Positions 49,426-58,896 of a stretch of 64,000 bases of DNA are shown here, one piece after another. The notes under the pieces are model-generated. The model made no database searches, had not been told where the DNA came from, and worked only from the letters and a program-made list of their open reading frames with translations. The position numbers were made by a program, and so were the translations under genes. The DNA lies in assembly GCA_964389675.1 (NCBI GenBank), contig CAYMEV010000020.1:1-64000 (forward strand), given 5' to 3'. The DNA is from an uncultured Candidatus Sumerlaeota bacterium. GTDB taxonomy: Bacteria > CAYMEV01. Each line of letters starts with the position of its first letter. Positions within the stretch are counted from its first letter, which is position 1.

Positions 49426-49453
49426 CTTAATTTCCTTTAATATACTGTTCTTA

Positions 49454-50902
49454 TTATCCGAATATCAGGTCAAAATCCTTCTCATAGGGTATTACATTTT
49501 CCATTACATTTTTCAGTATGCTGGCATGCATTTCCTTATCAAATACATATCTCATTTCCAGAAAATCTTTTCTGAATTTTGAGACCTCGTTTTTAATATT
49601 ATTTTTGTTCTTTATGATATCTGCAATAAATCCAGCAATCTGGTGAAATTCCTTTTTCCCCATTCCGAATCTTGTCATTTCAGATACCCCCATTCTGATT
49701 CCGCTTGGATTAAGGAATGATTCATCAGAAGGAAGAGCCTGGTAATTTGTGATAATATTGCTGTCCTCGAGCAATGCTGCTAATTCTTTGCCATCTCCGT
49801 ACTCTTTTGTATTTATAACAACCTGGTGGGTCTTTGTATATCCATATTCTTTTCCTCCCTCGCATCTTATTCCAAAATCCTCAAGGCTCTGTGCAAAGGA
49901 TCCTGCATTCTCAACAACTGTTTTCTGGTATTCATCCTTGAATGCATTCATCTCATATGTAGCCATAAGCATGCCTACCAGAGTCCCGAGGTGGTGATTG
50001 CTCAATGATCCGGGAAAAGCCCTTGAATTAATGTCTGAAAAGAATTTATCCAGCTTGCCGTCCTGGTTTGAAACAGCGACTATTCCCCTCTGCGGGCCGA
50101 AGAATGTTTTGTGTGTTGAACCTGTAATTACATCTGCTCCTTCTTTCAATGGATTCTGAAAATAATCTCCTATAATTCCCATAACATGGGCAGCGTCATA
50201 CATTATTACGGTATTCAGGCCAAGATTATCTATGCAGTCCTTTGCCTTTCTTACAGGCTCAGGATGCAGAAACATGCTTTTGCCGAAAACCATCAGGGGG
50301 GGCTTGTGCTCTTCAATAAGATTGCACATTATTTCAGCATCAATCATATAAGGATTGTCTTTACGCAGGGGAAAGTTTATCACATGGTCACTCTCAACCA
50401 TATTAAAGAGTGCTCCAAATGGCTGTGCACTAAGATGACCGCCATAAGTCAGCTCATTGTTCATAACACAAAGCATTCTCCCGCAATCGGATAATCCCTG
50501 TTTTGCCTTGTCTCTGTTCAGGTTTTTAACCATAGCCTTAAACACGATTTCATTTGCCTGCTGGCCGCTTATTGGCCTGGATTCAACATGGGTTGCACCG
50601 GCATATTTTGCAAATTCCCTGTTTATTTCAAGTTCGATGAAGTTAATAAAATCTGTACCCTGATAATAGAATATATCTGTGCCCTTGAGTGCCCTTGAGT
50701 TTTCAAGTGCCTTTCTTTCCTTTTTCAGGGCCTTTTTATGCTCTGCATACCTGCCTGCCGCATCTGATATTTCACAAAATTTTACAAATGTTGAAGGTGT
50801 GTTTTCAGAGGGGATAAGGTTTATACAGTTTTTCTGCCTCCAGCTGGTATTTTCTGTAACCATGTTAAGCAGTTCGGATACCTTTTTGATATATTCTTCC
50901 AT
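49454..50902 (-). CDS. glyA: Serine hydroxymethyltransferase (divergent)
   Basis: LIPSEN, GGHLS, YDAAHV.G, GSTHKTFFGPQRG (PLP Lys), FPG..SNHH, SGIRMG. Confidence 0.88.
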   Translation of the reverse strand: MEEYIKKVSELLNMVTENTSWRQKNCINLIPSENTPSTFVKFCEISDAAGRYAEHKKALKKERKALENSRALKGTDIFYYQGTDFINFIELEINREFAKYAGATHVESRPISGQQANEIVFKAMVKNLNRDKAKQGLSDCGRMLCVMNNELTYGGHLSAQPFGALFNMVESDHVINFPLRKDNPYMIDAEIMCNLIEEHKPPLMVFGKSMFLHPEPVRKAKDCIDNLGLNTVIMYDAAHVMGIIGDYFQNPLKEGADVITGSTHKTFFGPQRGIVAVSNQDGKLDKFFSDINSRAFPGSLSNHHLGTLVGMLMATYEMNAFKDEYQKTVVENAGSFAQSLEDFGIRCEGGKEYGYTKTHQVVINTKEYGDGKELAALLEDSNIITNYQALPSDESFLNPSGIRMGVSEMTRFGMGKKEFHQIAGFIADIIKNKNNIKNEVSKFRKDFLEMRYVFDKEMHASILKNVMENVIPYEKDFDLIFG

Positions 50903-51069
50903 TATATAATCTCCTTACATATTTTTTCTAAAGATCTTACTATTAATTCTTAATCTTTTATAGGAGAATTGTCAAATATATAAAGTTATATTAATTGATG
51001 ATTATCTTATAAATGAAGAATTGGAGGGTCTTTTAAAAAGGCAGGGAACAACAATCATTATAAAAAATT

Positions 51070-51096
51070 TTGACATATATTATGAATTAATATAAT
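51070..51096 (+). promoter_or_regulatory. Putative promoter of the tnaA operon
   Basis: TTGACA (51070) and TATAAT (51091); the 15-nt spacer is suboptimal. Confidence 0.4.
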
Positions 51097-51128
51097 CTTT
51101 CTTTATCATTTACTACAGGAGATTATTG

Positions 51129-52502
51129 ATGAATATTGTTGAGCCTTACAGGATCAAATCAGTCGAGAAGATCACTCTTAGAAACAGGGATGATAGAGAG
51201 AGAATCCTTGCTGAAGCAGGTTTTAATACCTTTAATATTAAAGCTGAAGATATATTTATTGATTTTCTTACTGACAGCGGCACATCTGCCATGAGTGCAA
51301 GGCAATGGTCATCAATAATGCTGGGTGATGAATCCTATGCAGGGGCAAAATCCTTCTACCACTTTTATGATGCGGTCAGAAGCATTACAGGGTTTGAATA
51401 TGTGATTCCGACACACCAGGGCAGGGCAGCAGAAAATATACTCTTCTCAACCATACTGAAAAAAGGTTCAGTAATTCCCAATAATACCCATTTTGATACC
51501 ACAAGGGCTAATATTGAGGCCAATGCAGGTGTGGCAGTAGACCTGGTTATTGATGAAGGATTGAATCCTTCCTCTCATTATCCTTTCAAGGGAAACATTG
51601 ATATTGATAAGCTAAAGGACTATATTGAGCAAACCGGCCCGGAAAATGTTCCGCTTTGTATGATCACTGTCACGAACAATTCCGGAGGAGGACAGCCAGT
51701 ATCACTGCAGAATATCATAGACACCAAAAATCTCCTTTCAGAATACGGAATACCGCTGTTCCTTGATGCCTGCAGATTTGCAGAGAATGCATATTTTATA
51801 AAAATGAGAGAGGAGAAATATAAAGACTGGACTGTGAGAAAAATTGTAAGAGAGATGTTTTCCTATGTTGATGGATGCACAATGAGCGCAAAGAAGGATG
51901 CACTTGTGAATATAGGGGGATTCATCGCTCTTAAAGACAAAAGCCTCTATGAGATATTGAAAAACAAGCTGATCCTTATTGAAGGTTTTCCGACATACGG
52001 TGGCTTATCTGGAAGAGACCTGGAGGCAATAGCACAGGGGCTCAATGAGGTGCTGGAAGAGGATTATCTTGATTTTAGAATATCACAGGTAAGCTATCTG
52101 GGCAATAACCTTGTTAAAAACGGTGTTCCCATAGTCGAACCTCCAGGGGGGCATGCAGTATATATTGATGCAAAATCGTTCCTTTCCCATATTCCGCCTC
52201 ACCATTTTCCCGGCCAGTCACTGGCTATTGCACTTTACAGAGAGGGAGGGATAAGGGCCTGCGAAATTGGCAGCGTAATGTTCGGAAAAAAGGATGAAAA
52301 GACAGATAAACAGATCACATCTCCGATGGAACTTGTAAGACTGGCTATTCCGAGAAGGGTCTATACAAATTCTCACATGGATTATACCCTTAATGTATTC
52401 AACAAGATAAAGGGATACAAGGATAAGATTAAGGGTGTCGGGTTTGCATTCGAACCAAAGGTTCTGAGGCATTTTACAGCGAGGTTTTTCGAGCTGCAGT
52501 AA
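51129..52502 (+). CDS. tnaA: Tryptophanase (beta-eliminating lyase)
   Basis: DFLTDSGT, THQGRAAE, MSAKKD (PLP Lys); TnaA-type FDTT, EIGS and LRHFTA rather than TPL-type FTTT, ERG and LRFFTA. Confidence 0.9.
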   Translation: MNIVEPYRIKSVEKITLRNRDDRERILAEAGFNTFNIKAEDIFIDFLTDSGTSAMSARQWSSIMLGDESYAGAKSFYHFYDAVRSITGFEYVIPTHQGRAAENILFSTILKKGSVIPNNTHFDTTRANIEANAGVAVDLVIDEGLNPSSHYPFKGNIDIDKLKDYIEQTGPENVPLCMITVTNNSGGGQPVSLQNIIDTKNLLSEYGIPLFLDACRFAENAYFIKMREEKYKDWTVRKIVREMFSYVDGCTMSAKKDALVNIGGFIALKDKSLYEILKNKLILIEGFPTYGGLSGRDLEAIAQGLNEVLEEDYLDFRISQVSYLGNNLVKNGVPIVEPPGGHAVYIDAKSFLSHIPPHHFPGQSLAIALYREGGIRACEIGSVMFGKKDEKTDKQITSPMELVRLAIPRRVYTNSHMDYTLNVFNKIKGYKDKIKGVGFAFEPKVLRHFTARFFELQ

Positions 52503-52526
52503 TAATGTTCTATATGGAGGACGCAA

Positions 52527-53585
52527 ATGATAAGCGGGTTCAACACTGAAATCAAGATTGACGGCGCAATATATCATATTCAAACCGAAGATAAAGGTTT
52601 AAGCAATCCTGTCATAGAATCGCTTGTCTACCAGGGAGGAGCAATACTGGCATCAAAAAGGTCTTCCTACAAAGACTACCTGGAAAGGGATGATATCCTG
52701 AAAGTCGTCGCAAAAATGATGGAAACACAGCACAAAGAAGTACTGTTCAAGATTAAAAGCAAGGAATTGTTTGGCGAAAAAGATGATGATACCAAGACAT
52801 ATATATTTGATAAAAGCGAGAATGAGGACCTGACAGATGGCCCTAAATCTCTTGACCAGGTAATCCTTGATTTTCTCCAGGAATCAAAACCGGAAATCAA
52901 CCTGGATGAGATTGAGTATGATGTATTTCTTACAAAGGGTTCAAAGCTCTACCTTAAGAATGAAGACACTATTGAGGTTATCGTGAAAAATGTGGAGACT
53001 CTTGATCCTATACCTGACGTTACTGTAGGCGTTAAGATTAGACAGAAAAACAAGAACAAAAGCAAAGTACTGGCAACCACAAAGACTGATGAGAAGGGGA
53101 AAGCTGTATTAAAGATTATGATACCCAAATTTGATATAAATATTGCTGAAGTGGTTTTATTTGCACGGACTGATTATAAAATTTTGGAAAGGATTCTTGA
53201 AATCGATGAGCTGAAGCCGGCTGAAAAAACGATTCTGGTTGTGGATAAGAATAATCAGAACAGGTCTCTTGTAAAAAAGATACTTGATATGGCAAATTAC
53301 AAAGTATTCCTTTCACCGACAGGCATGGATGCCTGGAAGATAATCTGCAATAAAACCCCAAATATCCTGATGCTTTATGAAAAGGTTGAAGTACTGGAAG
53401 CTGCTAAATTAATCGGGCTAATCAGGGAAAAAGAAGAAACAAAGAATATCCCAATTATTCTTATAAGGAACACAGAGAACCCCGAAGATATTAACCTCGA
53501 TAAAATCGAGGCCTGTATAGACCAGCCCTTTAAAAGCAGGGAAATCCTTACAATTGTAAAACATATACTGGTTAACCAATCATAG
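52527..53585 (+). CDS. Uncharacterised protein with a C-terminal atypical receiver domain
   Basis: N-terminal GFNT...YHIQTED.G..NP domain, central Ig-like segment, C-terminal CheY-like fold (TILVVD, NIPIIL, PF) lacking canonical Asp/Lys; GGAGG SD. Confidence 0.6.
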   Translation: MISGFNTEIKIDGAIYHIQTEDKGLSNPVIESLVYQGGAILASKRSSYKDYLERDDILKVVAKMMETQHKEVLFKIKSKELFGEKDDDTKTYIFDKSENEDLTDGPKSLDQVILDFLQESKPEINLDEIEYDVFLTKGSKLYLKNEDTIEVIVKNVETLDPIPDVTVGVKIRQKNKNKSKVLATTKTDEKGKAVLKIMIPKFDINIAEVVLFARTDYKILERILEIDELKPAEKTILVVDKNNQNRSLVKKILDMANYKVFLSPTGMDAWKIICNKTPNILMLYEKVEVLEAAKLIGLIREKEETKNIPIILIRNTENPEDINLDKIEACIDQPFKSREILTIVKHILVNQS

Positions 53586-53588
53586 ATA

Positions 53589-54041
53589 ATGAAATGCCCA
53601 TACTGCAATTCAATTGATGATTCAGTTGTTGATTCCAGGCTGATTAAAGAGAACTCGGTAATCAGAAGAAGAAGGGAATGCAATAACTGCAATAAGAGAT
53701 TTACCACATATGAAAGAATAGAGGAGACTCCTCTTATGGTAATCAAGAGAAATACCGAGGTGCAGGATTATGACAGGACAAAGATACTTAACGGCCTTTT
53801 GAAATCCTGTCAGAAAAGGCAGATAGATATCGAAGATCTGGAAAAGATTGTTGATGAGCTTGAAAAGTACATTCAGAAAGAAGAGATAAAGCAGATCCAC
53901 ACCAGGGAAATCGGGGAATTTGTGATGAAAAGGCTTAAGGAGATCGATAAGGTGGCGTATGTAAGATTTGCTTCAGTATACAAGGATTTTAAAACCATCG
54001 ATGAATTCATAAATGAACTAAAAGTTCTGATAGGTTATTAA
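53589..54041 (+). CDS. nrdR: Transcriptional repressor NrdR
   Basis: MKCPYC, VVDSR, IRRRREC..C..RFTTYE, ATP cone, AYVRFASVY. Confidence 0.98.
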   Translation: MKCPYCNSIDDSVVDSRLIKENSVIRRRRECNNCNKRFTTYERIEETPLMVIKRNTEVQDYDRTKILNGLLKSCQKRQIDIEDLEKIVDELEKYIQKEEIKQIHTREIGEFVMKRLKEIDKVAYVRFASVYKDFKTIDEFINELKVLIGY

Positions 54042-56254
54042 TGCGGTTAAAGAGAAGCAAAATCATTCTTCTTATCCTTATAGTCATTTTTGGGATTTCT
54101 GCCAGTTTCTTTTACAGCCTCCTGAGAACATTGCCTGATATTACCGTTCTTGAAAGAGAGTCTCCATCCATAAAAAGCATTATATACGATAAGGATGGGA
54201 ATATTATTGGAGATTTTTTTGTTGAAAACAGGGTAATTGTTGATTTTTCAGATATTCCTGAGCATGTAAGGAATGCTTTTATTGCTGTTGAAGACAAGTA
54301 TTTTTATTATCATTTTGGCATAGACCCGACAGGTATTATAAGAGCCTTTTATATAAATATTATAAAGGGCGGTGCTGTGCAGGGAGCTTCTACGATTACA
54401 CAGCAGCTTGCAAGAAATCTATTTCTGACACCTGAAAAGAAATATATCCGAAAGATAAAAGAGGCTTTTCTTGCATTAAAAATTGAAAGCAGGTTTACAA
54501 AAAATGAGATTATAACACTATATCTGAATCAGATATACTTCGGTTCTGGAGCATACGGAATTGAAGCTGCTTCAAAAAAGTATTTCGGGAAAAGCGTATC
54601 TGATATATCAATACCCGAAGCGTGTCTCCTGGCTGGCCTTCCAAAAGCACCGGAACGCTATAATCCCTTTAGAAATCCAGATCTTGCGGTAAATAGAAGG
54701 AACATAGCACTTTACAGGATGCTGGAGGAAAATTTCATTACAAAGAAAGAATATAATGAGTTTATTAAAGCCAGCCTTGAACTTGTACCCTATGTTGAAT
54801 CAAACGGATTATTCAGCTATTTTATCGAGGAAATCAGGAGATACTGTTATAAAACGATAGGTTCTGAACTCCTGCTTAAAGGCGGATTAAAGATCTATTC
54901 CACAATGGACAGAGATATGCAGGAAATAGCAGGAATATCACTGAGAAGAGGCCTTGAAGAATATGACAGAAGCAGGTACGGGTACAGAAAAATTGAGGAA
55001 ATTCCTGAAGAAAAGATCTTAAAAAGCATCAAACCTGTCCTTGAGGAGAATTATTTTGCCGAAATCATCGATATCAATGACAGAATTATTGTGCAGGTTG
55101 CGAATCTTAAGGGAAAGATCAAAAAGGAATCAGCAAAATGGATCAAAAGGGACCCGTTGAAATATTTTCAGGCAGGGGATATTATTGAAGTTCGGTTTGA
55201 TAGTCTCAACCCTGAAGGGGAGTACTATGAGCTGATTTTGACACAAACGCCCATTGCATCGGGTGCTGTGCTGATAATTGATGTAAGTACTGCTAATATC
55301 CTGGCCATGGTTGGTGGATACAGTTTCAGCGACAGCGAATTTAACAGGGCAATCCAGGCATTCAGGCAGACCGGATCTGTAATAAAGCCTCTCTACTATT
55401 CAGCTGCGATAGATAACGGTTTTACACAGGCTGACATGGTCTATGACGCACCCATTTCATATTATGATATTTCTACAGAAGATTACTGGCAGCCGAGAAA
55501 TTTCAAAGGGCTTTTCTATGGGAGCATACCTCTGAGGTTTGCACTTGCCCAATCCATAAATGTTGCCAGTGTAAAGCTTTTGAGGGAGATAGGAGTTGAT
55601 GTTGCCATTAATTACCTGAAGAACATGGGTATAAAATCATATCTTGCGCCATACCTGTCATTTGCGCTGGGTTCAAGCGATATCTCACTGGCTGAAATGG
55701 TTGCGGCTTTCAATGTATTCCCCTCCTACGGCATTTACAGGGAACCAAGGTATATATCGATCATTTCGGATAACCAGGGGAATATAATTGACGAAAAATT
55801 CCAGATCCCAAAAAGGGTTCTCAGGGAAGATGTTTCCTACATAATGATCGATATGCTCAAGGGTGTGGTGCAGAACGGCACTGCACAGAGAGCGAGGTAT
55901 GTTGATATTGTCTCCGGAGGTAAAACAGGTACGACCAATAACTTTTCAGACACATGGTATATCGGATTTACACCGGACATAGTCATTGGTGTCTGGGTGG
56001 GGAATGATTCAAAGACCACACTCGGCAATAACCGTACAGGTTCATCAGTCTCTTTGCCTATATGGATAGATATAATTCAAACCCTTTTGGAAAGGGATAT
56101 GTTACAGGAAAGCGAATTCCACATACCGGCCAATATCGTCTTCAGGGATATTTGCATGGAATCAGGCCTGATTGCTAACAGCAACTGCCAGAATGTTGAA
56201 AAAATGGCTTTTATAAAGGGCACAGAACCATTTCGCTTCTGCAATATGCATTAG
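54041..56254 (+). CDS. Class A penicillin-binding protein (PBP1A)
   Basis: GT51 motifs EDKYF..HFG.D, GASTITQQ, RKIKE; transpeptidase S..K (GSVIKP), SIN, KTGT. Confidence 0.95.
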   Translation: MRLKRSKIILLILIVIFGISASFFYSLLRTLPDITVLERESPSIKSIIYDKDGNIIGDFFVENRVIVDFSDIPEHVRNAFIAVEDKYFYYHFGIDPTGIIRAFYINIIKGGAVQGASTITQQLARNLFLTPEKKYIRKIKEAFLALKIESRFTKNEIITLYLNQIYFGSGAYGIEAASKKYFGKSVSDISIPEACLLAGLPKAPERYNPFRNPDLAVNRRNIALYRMLEENFITKKEYNEFIKASLELVPYVESNGLFSYFIEEIRRYCYKTIGSELLLKGGLKIYSTMDRDMQEIAGISLRRGLEEYDRSRYGYRKIEEIPEEKILKSIKPVLEENYFAEIIDINDRIIVQVANLKGKIKKESAKWIKRDPLKYFQAGDIIEVRFDSLNPEGEYYELILTQTPIASGAVLIIDVSTANILAMVGGYSFSDSEFNRAIQAFRQTGSVIKPLYYSAAIDNGFTQADMVYDAPISYYDISTEDYWQPRNFKGLFYGSIPLRFALAQSINVASVKLLREIGVDVAINYLKNMGIKSYLAPYLSFALGSSDISLAEMVAAFNVFPSYGIYREPRYISIISDNQGNIIDEKFQIPKRVLREDVSYIMIDMLKGVVQNGTAQRARYVDIVSGGKTGTTNNFSDTWYIGFTPDIVIGVWVGNDSKTTLGNNRTGSSVSLPIWIDIIQTLLERDMLQESEFHIPANIVFRDICMESGLIANSNCQNVEKMAFIKGTEPFRFCNMH

Positions 56255-56263
56255 CAGAGCATC

Positions 56264-57886
56264 TCACCTCTCTTTATCCATATCAAATATTTCATCCGCT
56301 ACTGATTCAATGAAATATCTGTCATGTGAGACGAATATCATAGAGCCATTGTAGTTTTTCAGAGCTTCTTCGAAAGCTTCTCTTGATTCGATCTCCAGGT
56401 GGTTTGTTGGTTCATCAAGGATAAGGACATCAGGTTTTGCAGTGATTATCTTTGCGAGTGCTGTCTTGCTTCTTTCGCCAATGCTGAGGCTTCCTATTCT
56501 CCGGTAAGCCATATCCCTTCTTATATTAAGACATCCCAGGATTGTCCTGGCATAGGATTCTTCCGTGTTTTCGTCCTGCAGTACCTCTTCCAGAACAGTC
56601 TTTGAGAGATCAAGGTTTTCGAATTCCTGCGCATAGTAGCCTATTTTAGTTAGAGGAGCCCATCTGACAGTACCGCTATATGATTTTATCCTGCCGGCCA
56701 GGATCTTCAGAAGGGTCGTCTTACCAGACCCATTTCTGCCTGTTACAGCCAGTTTCCTGCCCCTGTCAAGGTACAGGAATATATTACCGAATAAGAGGGT
56801 CTGGCTGAATGCTATGGATAGATTCTCAGCCCTGAGGATACAGGGATTTTTTAGATTGCTGTCACTGATGACAAGTTTTCTTTCTTTTTCAATGAAAGGC
56901 CTCCTGGCTTCCTCCTTTTCAAGAATCCTCTCTATTCTTGACTTAACAGCTATGGCAGTTTTCATCATATGCTTCCGTACTGCCTTTCCTGATCCATCAT
57001 CCCTTTTGCAGATACCTCCGCTTTTTTTGAAAGATCTTTTAAGCTTGAACTTTTCCATGTTTTCAGCTTGTGATTTTCTGTCTGAAACAGCTTTTTTAAG
57101 CTGTCTTATCTTTTTCTGCTGTTTTTCAAATTCTTTTTCCTGCCTGTTGATCCTGTCCTGTTTCTCTTTTTTATAAAAGCTGAAATTTCCTCCGTAATAT
57201 GTGATACTTTTATTGCTTAACTCCCATATCTGCTCAACACAGTTATCCAGAAATGCACGGTCATGGCTGATTATTAAATATGGAATTTTTAAGCCCTTCA
57301 TAAAATTTTCAAGCCATGAAAGAGTATCTATATCAAGATGATTCGTGGGTTCATCCAGAAGTATTATATCAGGGTCTATAAGTAAAATTCTGCACAGTGC
57401 AAGCTTTGTTTTTTCTCCTGCGCTCAGAGAAAAAATAAGAGTAGATGGATCTATACCGGTAAAATTAAAAAGAGATAGGAGCTTATCTATTCTTGACTCA
57501 AATAAATAGCCTCCCAGATCATTAAAAAGTGCAAATGCTTCCATCTCTTCTGGACCTGAATTTAAGCAGATATTATCTATTCTTTTTTTTAACCTGGATA
57601 GCTCCGGTCGTGCTTCCCAGAGAAAATCATATACTGTCTGCCTGTCGGAGAGGTTAAGCTCCTGGGGCAAAATCCCGGTCAGGAGGTCTTCTTTTCTGTA
57701 AATAATGCCCCCTGTCGGAGTTAAAGAACCTGAAACAAGGCTGAGAAGTGTGGATTTGCCGCATCCGTTTTTGCCAATTAAACCAATTTTTGATAAGGGA
57801 TCAATTTGGAAAGATATGTCCTCAAGTATTGCATCTATATTGGATTCATATTTAAATGAAATTTTTTCTGCCCTGAACAATGACAC
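56264..57886 (-). CDS. ABC-F ATPase, ribosomal-protection (ARE) type
   Basis: Two NBDs (GKNGCGKS/LSAGE/LDEPTNHLD; GRNGSGKT/LSIGE/LDEPTNHLE), no TM segments, long basic inter-domain linker; GTG start with AGGAGGG SD. Confidence 0.9.
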   Translation of the reverse strand: MSLFRAEKISFKYESNIDAILEDISFQIDPLSKIGLIGKNGCGKSTLLSLVSGSLTPTGGIIYRKEDLLTGILPQELNLSDRQTVYDFLWEARPELSRLKKRIDNICLNSGPEEMEAFALFNDLGGYLFESRIDKLLSLFNFTGIDPSTLIFSLSAGEKTKLALCRILLIDPDIILLDEPTNHLDIDTLSWLENFMKGLKIPYLIISHDRAFLDNCVEQIWELSNKSITYYGGNFSFYKKEKQDRINRQEKEFEKQQKKIRQLKKAVSDRKSQAENMEKFKLKRSFKKSGGICKRDDGSGKAVRKHMMKTAIAVKSRIERILEKEEARRPFIEKERKLVISDSNLKNPCILRAENLSIAFSQTLLFGNIFLYLDRGRKLAVTGRNGSGKTTLLKILAGRIKSYSGTVRWAPLTKIGYYAQEFENLDLSKTVLEEVLQDENTEESYARTILGCLNIRRDMAYRRIGSLSIGERSKTALAKIITAKPDVLILDEPTNHLEIESREAFEEALKNYNGSMIFVSHDRYFIESVADEIFDMDKER

Positions 57887-57960
57887 AGGATAGCCCTCCT
57901 TTTATGTCTTAAATTTTTGAATGGTCCTTGTAATGATGATTCTGACCTGAATGTTTTCAT
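57835..57960 (-). CDS. Putative 41-aa leader uORF overlapping the ABC-F start
   Basis: AGGAGGG SD then ATG 57960; MKTFRSESSLQGPFKNLRHKRRAILCHCSGQKKFHLNMNPI*; out of frame with ABC-F. Confidence 0.45.
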   Translation of the reverse strand: MKTFRSESSLQGPFKNLRHKRRAILCHCSGQKKFHLNMNPI

Positions 57961-57988
57961 CGGATTCCCTCCTGTGCATTGATGTCTT

Positions 57989-58017
57989 TTTTTAGCATTT
58001 AATGGAATGTTTGTCAA
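57989..58017 (-). promoter_or_regulatory. Putative promoter for the uORF/ABC-F transcript
   Basis: TTGACA-N17-TAAAAA with TGn extension on the minus strand. Confidence 0.45.
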
Positions 58018-58079
58018 AAACTTCTTGATTATCGTATTTTAAGATATAAATATAAATTATTGCACTGATATGGCAATTC

Positions 58080-58853
58080 ATGGAAAAACACGGGAGTAAC
58101 CTGATGAAAGACGTTTACTGGTCTGCTTATCACTATGATCTTATGCATGAAGACACAAAGATGGATTTTGAGCTTTACCTGAATATGGCAAAGCAGTTCA
58201 GCGGATCAATACTGGAGCTTGCATGCGGTACCGGCAGAATTACTTTAATGCTTGCAAAAGCAGGCCATGAGATATGCGGGATTGACCTGCTTTCTGATTT
58301 TATCCAGGCTGCGGAGAGAAAAAGGCTGGAAGCCAACCTGAAAAATGCATCCTTTTATGTAAAGGATATCAGGCATTTTGATCTTAGAAGGATATTTTCT
58401 TTTATATTTATACCGTTCAATTCCTTTGCACATGTATATACTCCGGAAGATGCAAAATCAATGTTCAGGTGTGTTAAAAGGCATATGGACAGAGATAGCA
58501 GGTTTCTTATAAATATTTTTAATCCGAGGCTCGATCTGCTATGTCGTGACAGTTCCGAGAGATACCCGGTGGCATCCTACCTTATGCCTGAAACCGGCGA
58601 AAAGGTGGTTGTCACAGAAAATAATCATTATGACAGGGCTACACAGATTAATCATATCAAATGGTATTTTAAGGCTGGTGACAGAAAGGAATTTATACGG
58701 GAACTCCCTATGAGAATATATTACCCTGCGGAGATCGACTATCTCCTTGATGCAAATGGATTTGAGATCATCGAAAAATGGGGCAATTATCAGCTCGAGC
58801 AATTCAGCTCAGGATCAGAACTCCAGATAATATTCTGCCGCAGGCAGAAATAG
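58080..58853 (+). CDS. Class I SAM-dependent methyltransferase
   Basis: ILELACGTGR, GIDL, DIRHF, FIPFNSF.H. Confidence 0.9.
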   Translation: MEKHGSNLMKDVYWSAYHYDLMHEDTKMDFELYLNMAKQFSGSILELACGTGRITLMLAKAGHEICGIDLLSDFIQAAERKRLEANLKNASFYVKDIRHFDLRRIFSFIFIPFNSFAHVYTPEDAKSMFRCVKRHMDRDSRFLINIFNPRLDLLCRDSSERYPVASYLMPETGEKVVVTENNHYDRATQINHIKWYFKAGDRKEFIRELPMRIYYPAEIDYLLDANGFEIIEKWGNYQLEQFSSGSELQIIFCRRQK

Positions 58854-58896
58854 TATGAAAGTCTTCAGCCTTGCCTGAATAAATTTCAGACAGGCT

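Noticed and set aside
51013..51036. TnaC-like Trp leader peptide (MKNWRVF*) upstream of tnaA
   Set aside because: Only 7 codons, no SD, lacks the TnaC W..D..P spacing, and lies upstream of the likely promoter
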